A stretch of 64,000 nucleotides of DNA, taken from Methanomassiliicoccaceae archaeon. Lineage in GTDB: Archaea > Thermoplasmatota > Thermoplasmata > Methanomassiliicoccales > Methanomassiliicoccaceae. This document shows, one piece after another, positions 12,358 to 23,037 of the stretch. The stretch is from NCBI GenBank assembly GCA_963728405.1, contig CAVSJV010000005.1, forward strand, positions 352,001 through 416,000, given 5' to 3'. Each line of letters starts with the position of its first letter. Position 1 is the first letter of the stretch. Both the position numbers and the translations under genes were made by a program. The notes below the pieces were generated by a model. The model was not told where the DNA came from. It saw nothing but the letters and a program-made list of their open reading frames with translations, and made no database searches.

Positions 12358-13185
12358 TCACTTGGGCGGTCTGGCCCGGTAGTACGTTCCGAGCACCTTG
12401 ACGAACGAGGCCTTGCGCACCAGGTCGGTGAGCGCGTCGGCCACGGCTCTATCGTCCACGTGACCGTCCAGATCGACGAAGAAGACATACTCCCACGGCC
12501 GGTCCTTGCGGGGGCGGGATTCCAGTTTGGTCATGTTCACGCCCCTTGAGGCGAACGCCCCCAGTGCATTGTACAGGGCTCCGGGAATATTGCGGGCGGC
12601 GAAGGCGATGGAGGTCTTGTCACCCTCGGTCAGAAGGGAAGGGAGCTTTTGAATGACGAAAAAGCGGGTGAAATTGTCCTGGCGATTCTGGATGCCTTCG
12701 AGCAGCACCTTCATGCCGTAGACCGATGCGGCCCGTTTCGAGGCGATGGCTGCCTCTTCCTTGAGGCCCCGTTCGGCGATCATGCTCACCGAGCCAGCGG
12801 TATCGAAGGCCGGGACCTTCTCCCATTCCGGGTGTTTTGACAGGAAGGAGCGGCATTGCCCCAGCGCCTGGGGATGGGAATACACCCGCCGGATATCGCC
12901 CATCTGTGCTTCTGGGCGGACGATCAGGCAGTGATTGACCGCCACCAGGGCTTCTCCGACCACGTTAAGGTCGTTCTCCAGGAGCAGGTCGTTCACCGCG
13001 GTGACGCTGCCCTCCAGCGAGTTCTCCACTGGCACCATGCCGTGCGATGCGCGGCCGGAATCCACCTCGCGGAACACCGACTCGAAGTCGGGGCAGGCGA
13101 CCGTCCCGGTGCCCTCGCCGAAGAACTGATAGACGGCATCCTCGCTGAAGGCGCCCCTCACTCCCTGGAATGCGACATTGATCAT
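12358..13185 (-). CDS. pheA: Prephenate dehydratase
   Basis: VAFQG..GAFSE, PVENSLEG, SHPQALGQC, NFTRF, ACT domain with KLESRP. Confidence 0.96.
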   Translation of the reverse strand: MINVAFQGVRGAFSEDAVYQFFGEGTGTVACPDFESVFREVDSGRASHGMVPVENSLEGSVTAVNDLLLENDLNVVGEALVAVNHCLIVRPEAQMGDIRRVYSHPQALGQCRSFLSKHPEWEKVPAFDTAGSVSMIAERGLKEEAAIASKRAASVYGMKVLLEGIQNRQDNFTRFFVIQKLPSLLTEGDKTSIAFAARNIPGALYNALGAFASRGVNMTKLESRPRKDRPWEYVFFVDLDGHVDDRAVADALTDLVRKASFVKVLGTYYRARPPK

Positions 13186-13186
13186 G

Positions 13187-14554
13187 TCAGGCCCCGAAGA
13201 ACTCCTTGTGGAGCGTCCGCGTCGTCTTCTCCAGGTCCTTGCGCTTGACCGTGAAGGTCAGCGCTACGGTCGACGCGCCAGCGGAGATCAGACCGATGTT
13301 AGTGCCGTTCGACGCGACGGTGGTGAACACCCTTCCGGCGATGCCTTCTTTCATACCTAGACCTTCACCCACCAGGCACAGGAGCGCCACGTCCCGCACT
13401 ATCTCGATGCGGTCCACCACGCCCTTCTTGGCCTCCTCTAGCGCTTTCTCGGCATACTTGAGGTCCCGTTCCTCGATGAGCAGTGAGATGCAGGTCTGCG
13501 ATGTGGCCGCCGAATAGACGTTGACCCCAGCATCTGATAGCAGCACCGAGATCTCGGACATGACCCCGGACTTGGAGCCCAGCCCCGCGCCGTAGACCTT
13601 GACCGTGGCCATGTTGGCCATGCAGCTGATGGACTTGATGATCTTGTTACCCTCGACGCCCTCGGGCACGATGGCCGTCCCCTCGTACGCCGGTTTGAAG
13701 ACGTTCTTCATCCGGATGGTGATGCCTCGGGCTCGAGCTGGCTCCACCGTCCTGGGATGGAGGACCTTTGCTCCGAAGTACGAAAGTTCTGCCGCTTCCT
13801 CGTACGAGAGCTGTCCGATGGGCACGGCCCCGGGCACGACCTTGGGGTCGGCCGACATGAACCCGTCCACATCCTTCCAGATCTCCAGCGTCTCGGCGTC
13901 GATGGCGTTGGCGATGACGCTGGCACTGTAGTCCGTGCCGTTGCGTCCCAGCAGGGTGATGAAGCCCTCGTGGGTCTTGCCGAAGAAACCGGTCACCACT
14001 GGCATTTCCTGCCGCTTGAATATCTCGTAGATCTTCGGCGCCAAGTTGCTGCGGGTCGATTCCATCTCCACCGTGGCGGAGCCAAAGGTCCCGTCGGTGA
14101 TGATGCCTAGCTCATCGGCGTCCACCGGGACGGCATTGACGCCCATCTCCTGGAGCATCGCCGACATGATGATGACGCTCATCCGCTCGCCGAACGACTG
14201 CACCAGGTCCTTGGTGCGAGGGGTCAGTTCCTCGAGATAGATTATCCCGTAAAGGATGCGTTCCAGGCGGACCAGTTGTGCTGACAACTGGCTGATCGCG
14301 GTCTGCTTGACGTCCATGCTACCGGCGACCTCGGTGAGGATCTTGAGGTGGCGGTCCCGGAGGTCCCTAGTGAACTGCTGGACCTCTTCCTCCTTCCTCA
14401 CCGTGGACATGAAGTTGAGGAGCGCGTCGGTGATGCCTTGTATGGCGGAAACGACGATCACCTTCTCCTCCGGATCGGAGGCAATGATCTCTCCGACGCT
14501 GATCATGCTCGCCCCGTCCTTGAGCGAGGAGCCCCCGAACTTGAGCACCTTCAT
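13187..14554 (-). CDS. lysC: Aspartate kinase with two ACT domains
   Basis: [51 protein letters not shown]. Confidence 0.93.
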   Translation of the reverse strand: MKVLKFGGSSLKDGASMISVGEIIASDPEEKVIVVSAIQGITDALLNFMSTVRKEEEVQQFTRDLRDRHLKILTEVAGSMDVKQTAISQLSAQLVRLERILYGIIYLEELTPRTKDLVQSFGERMSVIIMSAMLQEMGVNAVPVDADELGIITDGTFGSATVEMESTRSNLAPKIYEIFKRQEMPVVTGFFGKTHEGFITLLGRNGTDYSASVIANAIDAETLEIWKDVDGFMSADPKVVPGAVPIGQLSYEEAAELSYFGAKVLHPRTVEPARARGITIRMKNVFKPAYEGTAIVPEGVEGNKIIKSISCMANMATVKVYGAGLGSKSGVMSEISVLLSDAGVNVYSAATSQTCISLLIEERDLKYAEKALEEAKKGVVDRIEIVRDVALLCLVGEGLGMKEGIAGRVFTTVASNGTNIGLISAGASTVALTFTVKRKDLEKTTRTLHKEFFGA

Positions 14555-15210
14555 CCTTTTCGGAGCCTCCGTATGATGTCCTTGGGCATGCGCTGGACGC
14601 ACAGCTCCGCCTCGTCCTTGGTCAGTCCTGCACCCATCGCGATCTGCAGGGCTCGCTCCTCGGTGATGAGATCGCTCGGCCCGTGGGCGTCGCTGTTGAC
14701 GACCATTTTGGCGTCGACCTTGCGGGCCATCCGGATGACGTGCCCATTGGTAATGGAGTGCGATGGCCGGGAGGTGATCTCCAGCACGACACCGTTATCG
14801 GCGGCGGCCTGGGCGTCCTCCATGGTGATGAAGCCGGGATGGGCTAGGATGTTGACGTCCGGGTTGTTGACCGCCGCGTGATTGGTGCCCTTGTCCACCG
14901 GCTCGGAGATGGTCTCCCCGTGAACGACGATGATATCCGCCCCGGCCTTCTTGGCCTGCTTGATCACAACATCGAGCTTGCTGGCCGGTATGTGGGTCAG
15001 CTCCACGCCTACTAGGAGATCGAGGTCCCATTCCCTGGCCAAGGGGATGTCCCTCTTGGTCTCCTTGATGATCCGGCCGATGTTGCTGGGGTCGGCATGG
15101 TCGGTGATCGCCAGCGCCTCGTGCTTCATGACCGCGGCCCGTCTGGCCAGTTCGATCGGCAGCAGTTCCCCGTCGCTCATCAGTGTATGCGTGTGAAGAT
15201 CTATTCTCAT
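14551..15210 (-). CDS. PHP-family histidinol-phosphate phosphatase
   Basis: DLHTHT..SDG, AITDH, GVELTH, VHGET, SDAH; located within the his operon. Confidence 0.85.
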   Translation of the reverse strand: MRIDLHTHTLMSDGELLPIELARRAAVMKHEALAITDHADPSNIGRIIKETKRDIPLAREWDLDLLVGVELTHIPASKLDVVIKQAKKAGADIIVVHGETISEPVDKGTNHAAVNNPDVNILAHPGFITMEDAQAAADNGVVLEITSRPSHSITNGHVIRMARKVDAKMVVNSDAHGPSDLITEERALQIAMGAGLTKDEAELCVQRMPKDIIRRLRKG

Positions 15211-15824
15211 TTCTTTACCCCCCGGTGCCTCTCCGAGAGCTTCTTGAAAACCTCTTCCATGGGCAGGTCGAGATACTCGAACAGGACCATCTGATGGTAG
15301 ATCAGGTCCGCCGCCTCCCAGACCTCTCCTTTATGGTCCTTTCCCTTGCCGGCGATGGCCAGCTCGGCCGCTTCCTCCACTACCTTCTTGAGCACCTTGT
15401 CCTCATTGCTGAGCAGCTGGTTGGTGTAGCTTCCCTCCTGGGGGTGCTCCTTGCGGTCCCGGATGATCCTCTTCAGTTCGGGTATGATCGCGGCGGTGTT
15501 CTCCAGGTCGCCGTGAAGGGCCTCCCCGAAACAGGACGGTCGCTCCAGGTGGCAGGCGTTGCCGGTCTGCTTGACCCGGACCAGTAACGTATCGGCATCA
15601 CAGTCGGTCTGGATGCTGACAATGTCCTGAACGTGGCCGGACTCCTCTCCCTTCATCCACAGCTTCTGTCGGGAACGGGACCAGAAATGGGTCTTTCCCG
15701 TCTTTAGCATCAGGCCATACGCTTCCTCGTTGGTCCAAGCGAGCATCAGGACCTCGTTGGTCTCGGCGTCCTGAACGATCACTGGCATGAGCCCATCGGC
15801 ATTGAACTTGAATTGTGTGGTCAT
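15207..15824 (-). CDS. hisIE: Bifunctional phosphoribosyl-AMP cyclohydrolase / phosphoribosyl-ATP pyrophosphatase
   Basis: [24 protein letters not shown]...SCF, then [21 protein letters not shown]. Confidence 0.96.
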   Translation of the reverse strand: MTTQFKFNADGLMPVIVQDAETNEVLMLAWTNEEAYGLMLKTGKTHFWSRSRQKLWMKGEESGHVQDIVSIQTDCDADTLLVRVKQTGNACHLERPSCFGEALHGDLENTAAIIPELKRIIRDRKEHPQEGSYTNQLLSNEDKVLKKVVEEAAELAIAGKGKDHKGEVWEAADLIYHQMVLFEYLDLPMEEVFKKLSERHRGVKK

Positions 15825-16573
15825 CGGACCCTCATCCCCCGGTCCGCCAAGTACTTCTTTACATCCCCCACGGTGTAGGTGCCGTAGTGGAATATGGACG
15901 CGGCCAGGGCCGCCGAGGCATTGGTCTGGTCGAACACCTGGAAGATGTGCTCCGGGTTGCCGCAGCCCCCCGAGGCGATGACCGGGATGTTGACCGAATC
16001 GGCAACCAATTGGGTAAGAGGGATATCATAACCGGCAGTGGTACCGTCAGCATCCATGCTGGTCAGGAGTATCTCCCCGGCCCCCCGGTCCTCCACCTCG
16101 TAGGCCCAGTCGGCGGCGTCCAGCTCGGTGCGCTGGTGGCCGCCGTGAGTGTACACCTTCCATTTGCGCCCTTCGCGCTTGGCGTCTATGGCCACCACCA
16201 CGCATTGCGTTCCGAAGTCCTCCGCGCAGGCACTGACCAGCAGGGGGTCGTGTACGGCGGCGGTATTCACCGAAACCTTGTCCGCGCCGGCGTTGAGCGC
16301 TAGCCGCATGTCCTCTTTCGAGCGTATGCCGCCCCCGACGGTCAATGGCACGAACATCCGTTCGGCCGTCATCTCCACCGACTCCAGGAGGGTCTTTCTC
16401 GCGTCCAGCGAGGCGGTGATGTCCAGGAACACGATCTCGTCCGCGCCCTGCTTTTCATAGGCCTCCGCGAGCTCGGGAGGGTACCCTACCCCGGTGAGGT
16501 TCTGGAACTTCACCCCTTTTACTACTTTGCCCTCGGTCACGTCCAGACACGGTATGATTCGCTTGGTCAGCAA
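15821..16573 (-). CDS. hisF: Imidazole glycerol phosphate synthase cyclase subunit
   Basis: [51 protein letters not shown]. Confidence 0.97.
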   Translation of the reverse strand: MLTKRIIPCLDVTEGKVVKGVKFQNLTGVGYPPELAEAYEKQGADEIVFLDITASLDARKTLLESVEMTAERMFVPLTVGGGIRSKEDMRLALNAGADKVSVNTAAVHDPLLVSACAEDFGTQCVVVAIDAKREGRKWKVYTHGGHQRTELDAADWAYEVEDRGAGEILLTSMDADGTTAGYDIPLTQLVADSVNIPVIASGGCGNPEHIFQVFDQTNASAALAASIFHYGTYTVGDVKKYLADRGMRVR

Positions 16574-16574
16574 C

Positions 16575-17123
16575 CTAACCTCTCCTGAACTTGACCGCAT
16601 CCTTGGTGCTCAGTACGTTCTCCCGAGGGACGACCGCCCGGCGCAACGCCATTCCCAGGGCTTTGAACGAGGCCTCGATCACATGGTGGTCGTCCAGCCC
16701 TCTCTCTATGATGATGTGCAGCGTGATCCCGGAGGACATGGCGAAGGAGCGGAAGAAGTGCGAGTAGAGCGGGTCCGGGCAGTCCGCGTCGCAGTACGGC
16801 CGGTCGATGATGTCCACGGCCACGGTCACCAAGGCGTCATCCATGGGGACCAGGGATGAGGCGATGCGCTCCACCGGCCGGTCTCCCAGCGCTTGGCGGA
16901 AGGAGGTCCCCAGTGCGATGGCCACGTCTTCCACCAGGTGGTGCTGATTGTCGCCTTCGGCATCGAGCGTCAGGTCGAACGAGGCGTACTTGGTCAGGGT
17001 TTCCATCATGTGCCGTAGGAACTGGTCCTCAATAGTAATGGAGGCTTTCCCGCCGCCATCCAGGTACAATGTCAGGGAGATGTTCGTCTCCCTGGTCTTC
17101 CTGGTCAGCTTGGCCTCCCTCAT
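16575..17123 (-). CDS. hisB: Imidazoleglycerol-phosphate dehydratase
   Basis: [34 protein letters not shown]. Confidence 0.95.
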   Translation of the reverse strand: MREAKLTRKTRETNISLTLYLDGGGKASITIEDQFLRHMMETLTKYASFDLTLDAEGDNQHHLVEDVAIALGTSFRQALGDRPVERIASSLVPMDDALVTVAVDIIDRPYCDADCPDPLYSHFFRSFAMSSGITLHIIIERGLDDHHVIEASFKALGMALRRAVVPRENVLSTKDAVKFRRG

Positions 17124-17830
17124 TTCCGGTCCCCCCATACCTGTTCGGGGCGGATCGTTTCGGAGTAAAGGGCCAGGCCGACGATGGTCGTGCCCACTCC
17201 GATCTTTTCCAGGGCGATGAGGTCGTTCATGGTGGTGATGCCGCCGGAAACGATCACGGGGTGCGGACATAGGTCCAGGAAGTGCTTCGTTTCCTCAAGA
17301 TCGATGCCAGCGGCCTTGCCTTCGACATTGACATTAGTATGGAGCACGCTCGCCAATGGCAATCCCTCGGTGGCCTTGAGGACCTCCCGTAATTTTTTCT
17401 CCGACGATTCTTTCCAACCCCTCATCTGGATCTTCCCGTCCCGGGTGTCCAGAGCCAGAATGATCTTGTTGTAGTTGGAGCGGGTCAGGTCAGCGAACCA
17501 TTCTGGGTCGGTGATGGCCCTGGTCCCGACGACCACTCTCGCCGCCCCCAGGTTCAGCAGGGTCTCGGCCGCCTCGTTCGTTCGTATCCCGCCGCCTACT
17601 TGTATGGGCACCTTTACTTTGGACATGATCGAGGTAATGGCCTCGAAGTTGTCGCCCCGCCCCAAGGCCGCGTTGAGATCGACCACATGGAGGGCCGGCG
17701 CTCCCTTGCTCTCCCAGCTCAGGGCCACCTCGCGGGGGTTGGGTAAGGAGATCTTCTCTGTTCCCGGCCGGCCGCCCACTAGTTGCACGACCTTGCCGTC
17801 CATTATGTCCACTGCGGGAAGTACGATCAT
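17120..17830 (-). CDS. hisA: ProFAR isomerase
   Basis: PAVDIMDGKVVQL, LHVVDLN, QVGGGIR, SGGI. Confidence 0.95.
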   Translation of the reverse strand: MIVLPAVDIMDGKVVQLVGGRPGTEKISLPNPREVALSWESKGAPALHVVDLNAALGRGDNFEAITSIMSKVKVPIQVGGGIRTNEAAETLLNLGAARVVVGTRAITDPEWFADLTRSNYNKIILALDTRDGKIQMRGWKESSEKKLREVLKATEGLPLASVLHTNVNVEGKAAGIDLEETKHFLDLCPHPVIVSGGITTMNDLIALEKIGVGTTIVGLALYSETIRPEQVWGDRK

Positions 17831-18492
17831 ATTTTGGCCTCGATAAATTTAACGAAGTTCTTCAGGAACGCTGCCCCTGAAGCACTGCTCTTTTCCGGGT
17901 GAAATTGCACTCCGATAACATTCTTCTTTCTGAACGCGGAGGGGAACTCCCCGAAGTAATCGGTAGTGGCGATGGTCACATCCTCTAATGGCTGGCCATG
18001 GTAGGAGTGGGCGAAGTAGAAGTATGGTGAGGGGACGCCCTCGAACTCGTTGCTCTTGGACTTCACCTCGTTCCAGCCCATGTGAGGGACCCGTTCGGCC
18101 TTAAGACGGACGACCGGGCCTTTCATGAACCCTAGGCCGGGGTGTTCCCCCTCCTCGCTCCCCTCGAACAAGATCTGCGCCCCGATGCAGATGCCCAGGC
18201 AAGGTGTCCCAGCATCGAGGCGGTCGACGATGATGTCCTTGTAAGGGAGCAGCTTCTCCATGGCGCTGTCGAAAGCGCCGACCCCTGGGAAGACGATCAC
18301 CTCGGCGTTCAGCAGGTTCCGCATGTTGGACTCGATGACCGGGCGCGCTCCCGCCAGCTCCAGTGCCTTTCTGATGGAGTGCAGATTGCCCACACCATAG
18401 TCGGCGATGGAGACCCGGACCCGGGGGCGCTGCCCGATGCGGTAGGAATCGTTCTCCTCGGGGTACTTGACCGAGCGACGGATGTTCACCAT
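17827..18492 (-). CDS. hisH: Imidazole glycerol phosphate synthase glutaminase subunit
   Basis: DYGVGNLHSI, PGVGAF, GICIG, PHMGWN, QFHPEKS. Confidence 0.96.
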   Translation of the reverse strand: MVNIRRSVKYPEENDSYRIGQRPRVRVSIADYGVGNLHSIRKALELAGARPVIESNMRNLLNAEVIVFPGVGAFDSAMEKLLPYKDIIVDRLDAGTPCLGICIGAQILFEGSEEGEHPGLGFMKGPVVRLKAERVPHMGWNEVKSKSNEFEGVPSPYFYFAHSYHGQPLEDVTIATTDYFGEFPSAFRKKNVIGVQFHPEKSSASGAAFLKNFVKFIEAKI

Positions 18493-19533
18493 TCTTCCAG
18501 CACCTCCTTCAATTTGGAAAGAAGGAGGTCGTTGAGCTCGGCCGTGCCTATGGTGGTGCGCACGCAGTCCTCCAGCATCCGTAGCTTACCGAAGTCCCGG
18601 ATCAAAACGCCCTTGTCGGCCAGGCGGGCCACCAGCTCGCCAGATGGCCTCATGCTCTTGAACAGGATGAAATTGCTTTCCGAGGGGTACGTCTGGAAGC
18701 CCAGCGCCTCGAGCCCGTGGGACAGGCGCCCCCTCTCCTTGCGGACGAGGGCTATCGCCCTGTCGACGTACTCGGGGTTCTGGAGCGCCGCGATGGCGGC
18801 CATCTCGCTGACCCGGTTCAATGAATAGGGGATCTTGACCCGCTGCATCACATCGGCCATCTGGAGGTTCGAAGCCATATACCCGACCCTCAGGCCAGCT
18901 AGGCCATAGGCTTTGGAGAACGTGCGGGTCACGATGAGATTGTCGAACTCCTCCACTCGGGACATGAACGAGTCGCTGGTGAACTCCCCATACGCCTCGT
19001 CCACGATGACCGGGCCGTTGTGCTCGCTGACGATCCTCTCCACATCGCGGTGGTCGAAGATGTTGGCCGTCGGGTTGTTGGGCGTGCACAGGATGATGAT
19101 CTTCCCTTGGGCCTTCAGCAGCGCGTCAGGATCGAGCTGGAATCCTGGTTTCAGGTCCACGGTGACGAACCTGCCGCAATTGATCTTTACGAAGAATCCG
19201 TGGAGCACGTACGAAGGGTACGGTGCCACGACGGTCTCTCCCGGTTCGAGGAATGATTTGAAGATGATATCCAGGTCCTCGTCCGAACCGTTCCCGACCA
19301 CGAAGTTGTCCGGTTTCAGCGCGTAGCGTTCGGCCAGCGCCTGCCGCAGACCGTCGGAATAGGGTGTCGGGTACTGGTTGAGGTCCAGGTCCATGCATTT
19401 GGCAAGCACGTCCTTCAGCACAGTGTTAGGGCCGAGGACAGTTGGTGGAGGTGTCCATGCGGACGGCCTTGATCTTCGGATTGTAGTAAAGGGGAATATC
19501 CCGGACGGTCTTACGGACCCAGTTGTCCATCAT
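18486..19533 (-). CDS. hisC: Histidinol-phosphate aminotransferase (apparent +1 frameshift at 19440)
   Basis: GNGSDE, PNNPT, DEAYGEF, RTFSKAYGLAGLRVG. The N-terminus MMDNWVRKTVRDIPLY..DTSTN joins after removing A19440. Confidence 0.93.
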
Positions 19534-19543
19534 GCGATCACCT

Positions 19544-20407
19544 CTAGGGTACCATGCGGTCGATGGGGACGATCAGAATGCCCGTTGCTCCCAGCCGCTT
19601 GAGCTTGTTCACCGACTCGTAGATCTTGGACTTGTCCACCACCACATGGATGGCGACGATGTCCGAACGTCCCACAATGTTCATGACCGTGGGACCGGCG
19701 ATGCCCGGCAGGAACTTGCGGATCCCGTCAAGGGCGACGACCGGCACATCGGCCATCAGGTAGCGCTTCCCCTCGGCCTCAATGACACTTTTCACCGCCG
19801 AGGCCAGCTCCTCCATCTCTTCTTTCTTGGTCCCCATGGCTTCCTTGGAAGTGATCATGACCGCCTGGGACTCGGCAATGATGGCGATCTCCTTCAGGTG
19901 GTTGGTCTTAAGAGTGCTCCCGCTGGATACTAGGTCCACGATGAGGTTCGCGACCCCCAGGTATGGCGTCACCTCGGCCGCGCCGGATATGGTGGTCACC
20001 TCGACCTGCTTGCCGTGCTTCTTGAAGTATTTCTGGGCCATGTTGGGGAACGAGGTCGCAACGATCGAACCGTCCGGTATGTCCGCGACGGTGTCCATGC
20101 CTTTCCCCTCGGGTACCGCTACCGACAATCGGCAGCGTCCGAAACCCATATCCAGGAGCTTGTGCACGTCCAGCCCGGACTCCAGCACAAGGTCGTAACC
20201 GGTGATGCCCATATCCACCGCGCCCTTATGCACGAACCTCACAATGTCCTGTGCTCGGAGGAACATGACCGAAATATCACCATTCTTGACGGTGGCATAG
20301 AGCTTCCTTTCGCCCCCGTCCTCGATTTCCAGGCCAGCCTGTTTGAGGATCTCGAGAGATCGCTCGTTCAGTCGTCCTTTATTGGGCACGGCCAGCTTGA
20401 TAGACAT
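19544..20407 (-). CDS. hisG: ATP phosphoribosyltransferase (long form)
   Basis: AVPNKGRL, RAQDI, GITGYD, GAAE, DLVSSGSTL, C-terminal regulatory domain. Confidence 0.96.
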   Translation of the reverse strand: MSIKLAVPNKGRLNERSLEILKQAGLEIEDGGERKLYATVKNGDISVMFLRAQDIVRFVHKGAVDMGITGYDLVLESGLDVHKLLDMGFGRCRLSVAVPEGKGMDTVADIPDGSIVATSFPNMAQKYFKKHGKQVEVTTISGAAEVTPYLGVANLIVDLVSSGSTLKTNHLKEIAIIAESQAVMITSKEAMGTKKEEMEELASAVKSVIEAEGKRYLMADVPVVALDGIRKFLPGIAGPTVMNIVGRSDIVAIHVVVDKSKIYESVNKLKRLGATGILIVPIDRMVP

Positions 20408-20580
20408 CCATTCACCCTCTAAAGTTGCAGAAGGTGATAACCTGTCCTCATAAATAACATATGGCCTTTTATCGGAACGCTCCAGCATATATCGCGATAA
20501 ACTTCCCCTTCTCAGAATACTATGCCGTCCACGGAAATATTAATAGTGGCCCGTGTCATAACTGCCTCTCTGGACTGAAC

Positions 20581-21996
20581 TTGAGGATATTATTGGCGAC
20601 TCCTCCATGGAAGACCACGGAAATGTGGCCACCCCTCGGACTTCTCTACATAGCGGGTAGTGTAAAAGAGGCCCGCGGGGACGAAGTCATCGTGGTCGAT
20701 GCCTTCTGCCAGAACTATACCAAGGAGCAGCTGGTAGAGCGGGTGGTCAAGGAACACCCCGACATACTTGGCATGAACTGCTCCACTCATACTTTCAAGG
20801 CCACTATGGATGCGCTGAAAGATGCGCATGACCGTTTGCCTAGCATGCTCATCGTCCTGGGGGGCTACCATGCCACCTTCGCACCGAAAGAGATCCTTGA
20901 GGCCTATCCGTTCGTGGATTTCATCATCAAGGGGGAGGCGGAGAGGGCGTTCCCCAAGCTCCTCAATCATATCGAGAAGGGAAGCGAACCGTTGGACGTG
21001 GAGGGCATCACCTTCCGCCGGTCGGGAGGGGAATGGCACGAGAATCCGTTATCCCTGATCGAGGACCTCGACTCCTTGCCCTTTCCGGACCGCGACCTGC
21101 TGGGGGATCTGCGGTACGGTTATTATTTCCAAGGCATCCCGTTGACCTTCGGAAAGTTCACCACCATCTCCACGTCCCGGGGATGCCCGTTCACCTGCTC
21201 GTATTGCTCCTGCGCGGCGTTCTCCGAACGCAAGTGGAGATATCGCAGCGCAAAGAACGTGGTCGACGAGCTAGAGATGCTGTATGGGGAGGGCTATCGG
21301 GAATGCGTCTTCATCGATGACAACTTCACTCACCAGATATCTAGGGTCGAGGAGATCTGCCAGCTCATCAAGGAGCGTGGCCTCAAAATGAAGTTCTACT
21401 GTGAGGGGAGGACCAGTCATGCTCAGCTCCCCTTTCTCAAGAAGATGAAGGCCGCCGGGTTCAATGTCATCTACTTCGGCGCCGAATCGGCATCCCCGCA
21501 GGTGCTCAAGTATTACAATAAGAAGCAGACCCCGGACCGCACGGCCGAGGCGGTGGCCAATGCCAAGAAGGCCGGCATGCTGGTCATAACCTCATATATC
21601 ATCGGCGCCCCGGTGGAATCGAAGGAGGCGATCAAGGCCACCATCGGTTTCGCCCAATCCCTCCGTCCCCATGGGGTGCAGTACAACATCTTGGACTATC
21701 TGTTGGGCACACCCCTATGGGCTGAGATGGAGGCAAAGGGGATAGTCAAGGAGGGCGACTGGACCACCAACCACCGGGTCTACGAGTACTTCCCGGAGAA
21801 CGCTTCCAAGGAGGAGCTGGAAGCGTTGGTGAACGAAGGTTACGGCTCCTTCATCGGAGCGTGGAAGAGCGGCGAGGGCCTCCTGGAGTTCTTGCGCATC
21901 ATCATGGTCAATTCCACCGCCCGCAGCGTCATCTTCGGCAACCTGACCAACCCGGCCGCCAGAAAGGCGTTGACCGACGGGCTGAAAGCCTTCTGA
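20581..21996 (+). CDS. B12-binding domain radical SAM protein (class B-like)
   Basis: PPLGLLYIA, GGYHAT, GEAE, SRGCPFTCSYC (CxxxCxxC), DDNFT, GAES. Confidence 0.9.
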   Translation: MRILLATPPWKTTEMWPPLGLLYIAGSVKEARGDEVIVVDAFCQNYTKEQLVERVVKEHPDILGMNCSTHTFKATMDALKDAHDRLPSMLIVLGGYHATFAPKEILEAYPFVDFIIKGEAERAFPKLLNHIEKGSEPLDVEGITFRRSGGEWHENPLSLIEDLDSLPFPDRDLLGDLRYGYYFQGIPLTFGKFTTISTSRGCPFTCSYCSCAAFSERKWRYRSAKNVVDELEMLYGEGYRECVFIDDNFTHQISRVEEICQLIKERGLKMKFYCEGRTSHAQLPFLKKMKAAGFNVIYFGAESASPQVLKYYNKKQTPDRTAEAVANAKKAGMLVITSYIIGAPVESKEAIKATIGFAQSLRPHGVQYNILDYLLGTPLWAEMEAKGIVKEGDWTTNHRVYEYFPENASKEELEALVNEGYGSFIGAWKSGEGLLEFLRIIMVNSTARSVIFGNLTNPAARKALTDGLKAF

Positions 21997-22073
21997 GGAC
22001 GAACACCCAATATCAGGGGGTCTTTTCGTCATGATCAAATATGGAGCACGCTCATTCTGCCTGTTGAGAAACG

Positions 22074-22851
22074 ATGGAGAATGAGGCCGTACTGACCAAG
22101 CTGGACGAGCTACGCAAGAGCATGGAAGCGTTCAATGATACCTTGGACCGGGTGAGGTATGATGATTTCAAGACCGTCTTCTATGAACATATCCAGAACA
22201 TCTTCGGACGGCACAGCAAAATGTTGTTCGATTCGGGCATGGATGCGATGAGCGAGTTCTCTTCCTGTGTTAATAGGAAGGAGTGCATGGCTAGCTTCGA
22301 ACGCAGCAGGAAGGAGGTGCTAGCTGCCTTCCAGAGGGATGACATGCACGGTGCACTGATGGTGCTGGAGGACGCCGAGGCCCAACTGACCTACGACAAC
22401 TCGATTTGCACCGACAAGCGTTGCTCCCGATACACCATGGACACATTACGCCAGATCAAGGCACTATTCTCCATTTCGGACAATCTCAAATTTCGCAACT
22501 ACATTCAGCCGGAGACATCGTTCTCCCGGCTGACCTTCAATGGACGGTTGACGAACCACTGGGCCGCAGAGAGGAAGGAACCGACCAGCATGGAGGTGGC
22601 GGCCGCGATCTCCATGTTGGCCAACTCTTGGAGGTTGGAGGTGCTGAAGCTACTGGCGCAGCAGGAACAAAGTTTCTCAGATATGAGTAAGGCCCTCGAC
22701 CTAAAGACCGGGCACCTGCAGTTCCATCTCAGGGTCCTCCAGGAAGCGGGATGCATTAAGAACAACTCCCGGCGAAGGATGTACTCGATCACAGTTGAAG
22801 GGCAGCACTGCCTTGGATGGCGTTCAGGGCTTGGCGAATCGACTTTTATAG
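22074..22851 (+). CDS. ArsR-type winged-HTH regulator with Cys-containing N-terminal domain (Msr-like); apparent +1 frameshift at 22793
   Basis: C-terminal LANSWRLEVLKLL..SFSDMS..GHLQFHL..L. Removing A22793 gives YSITLKGSTAL..ANRLL* ending in TAG at 22851. Confidence 0.8.
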
Positions 22852-23037
22852 TGCTTGACCACGTTAAAAAAACAATCTGGCATCAGCATATAGTATAACA
22901 AAATATTAAGTAAGAATACTCAAATATTCTCGGAACCGTTCTGCATATGTGGTCGCGGTCTGCGATATGCAGGCGGGTAGAGCGAACGGATCATCGGCCG
23001 AACCGTCCGCCTATCGCGGTCACCCGGGAGGAATTGT

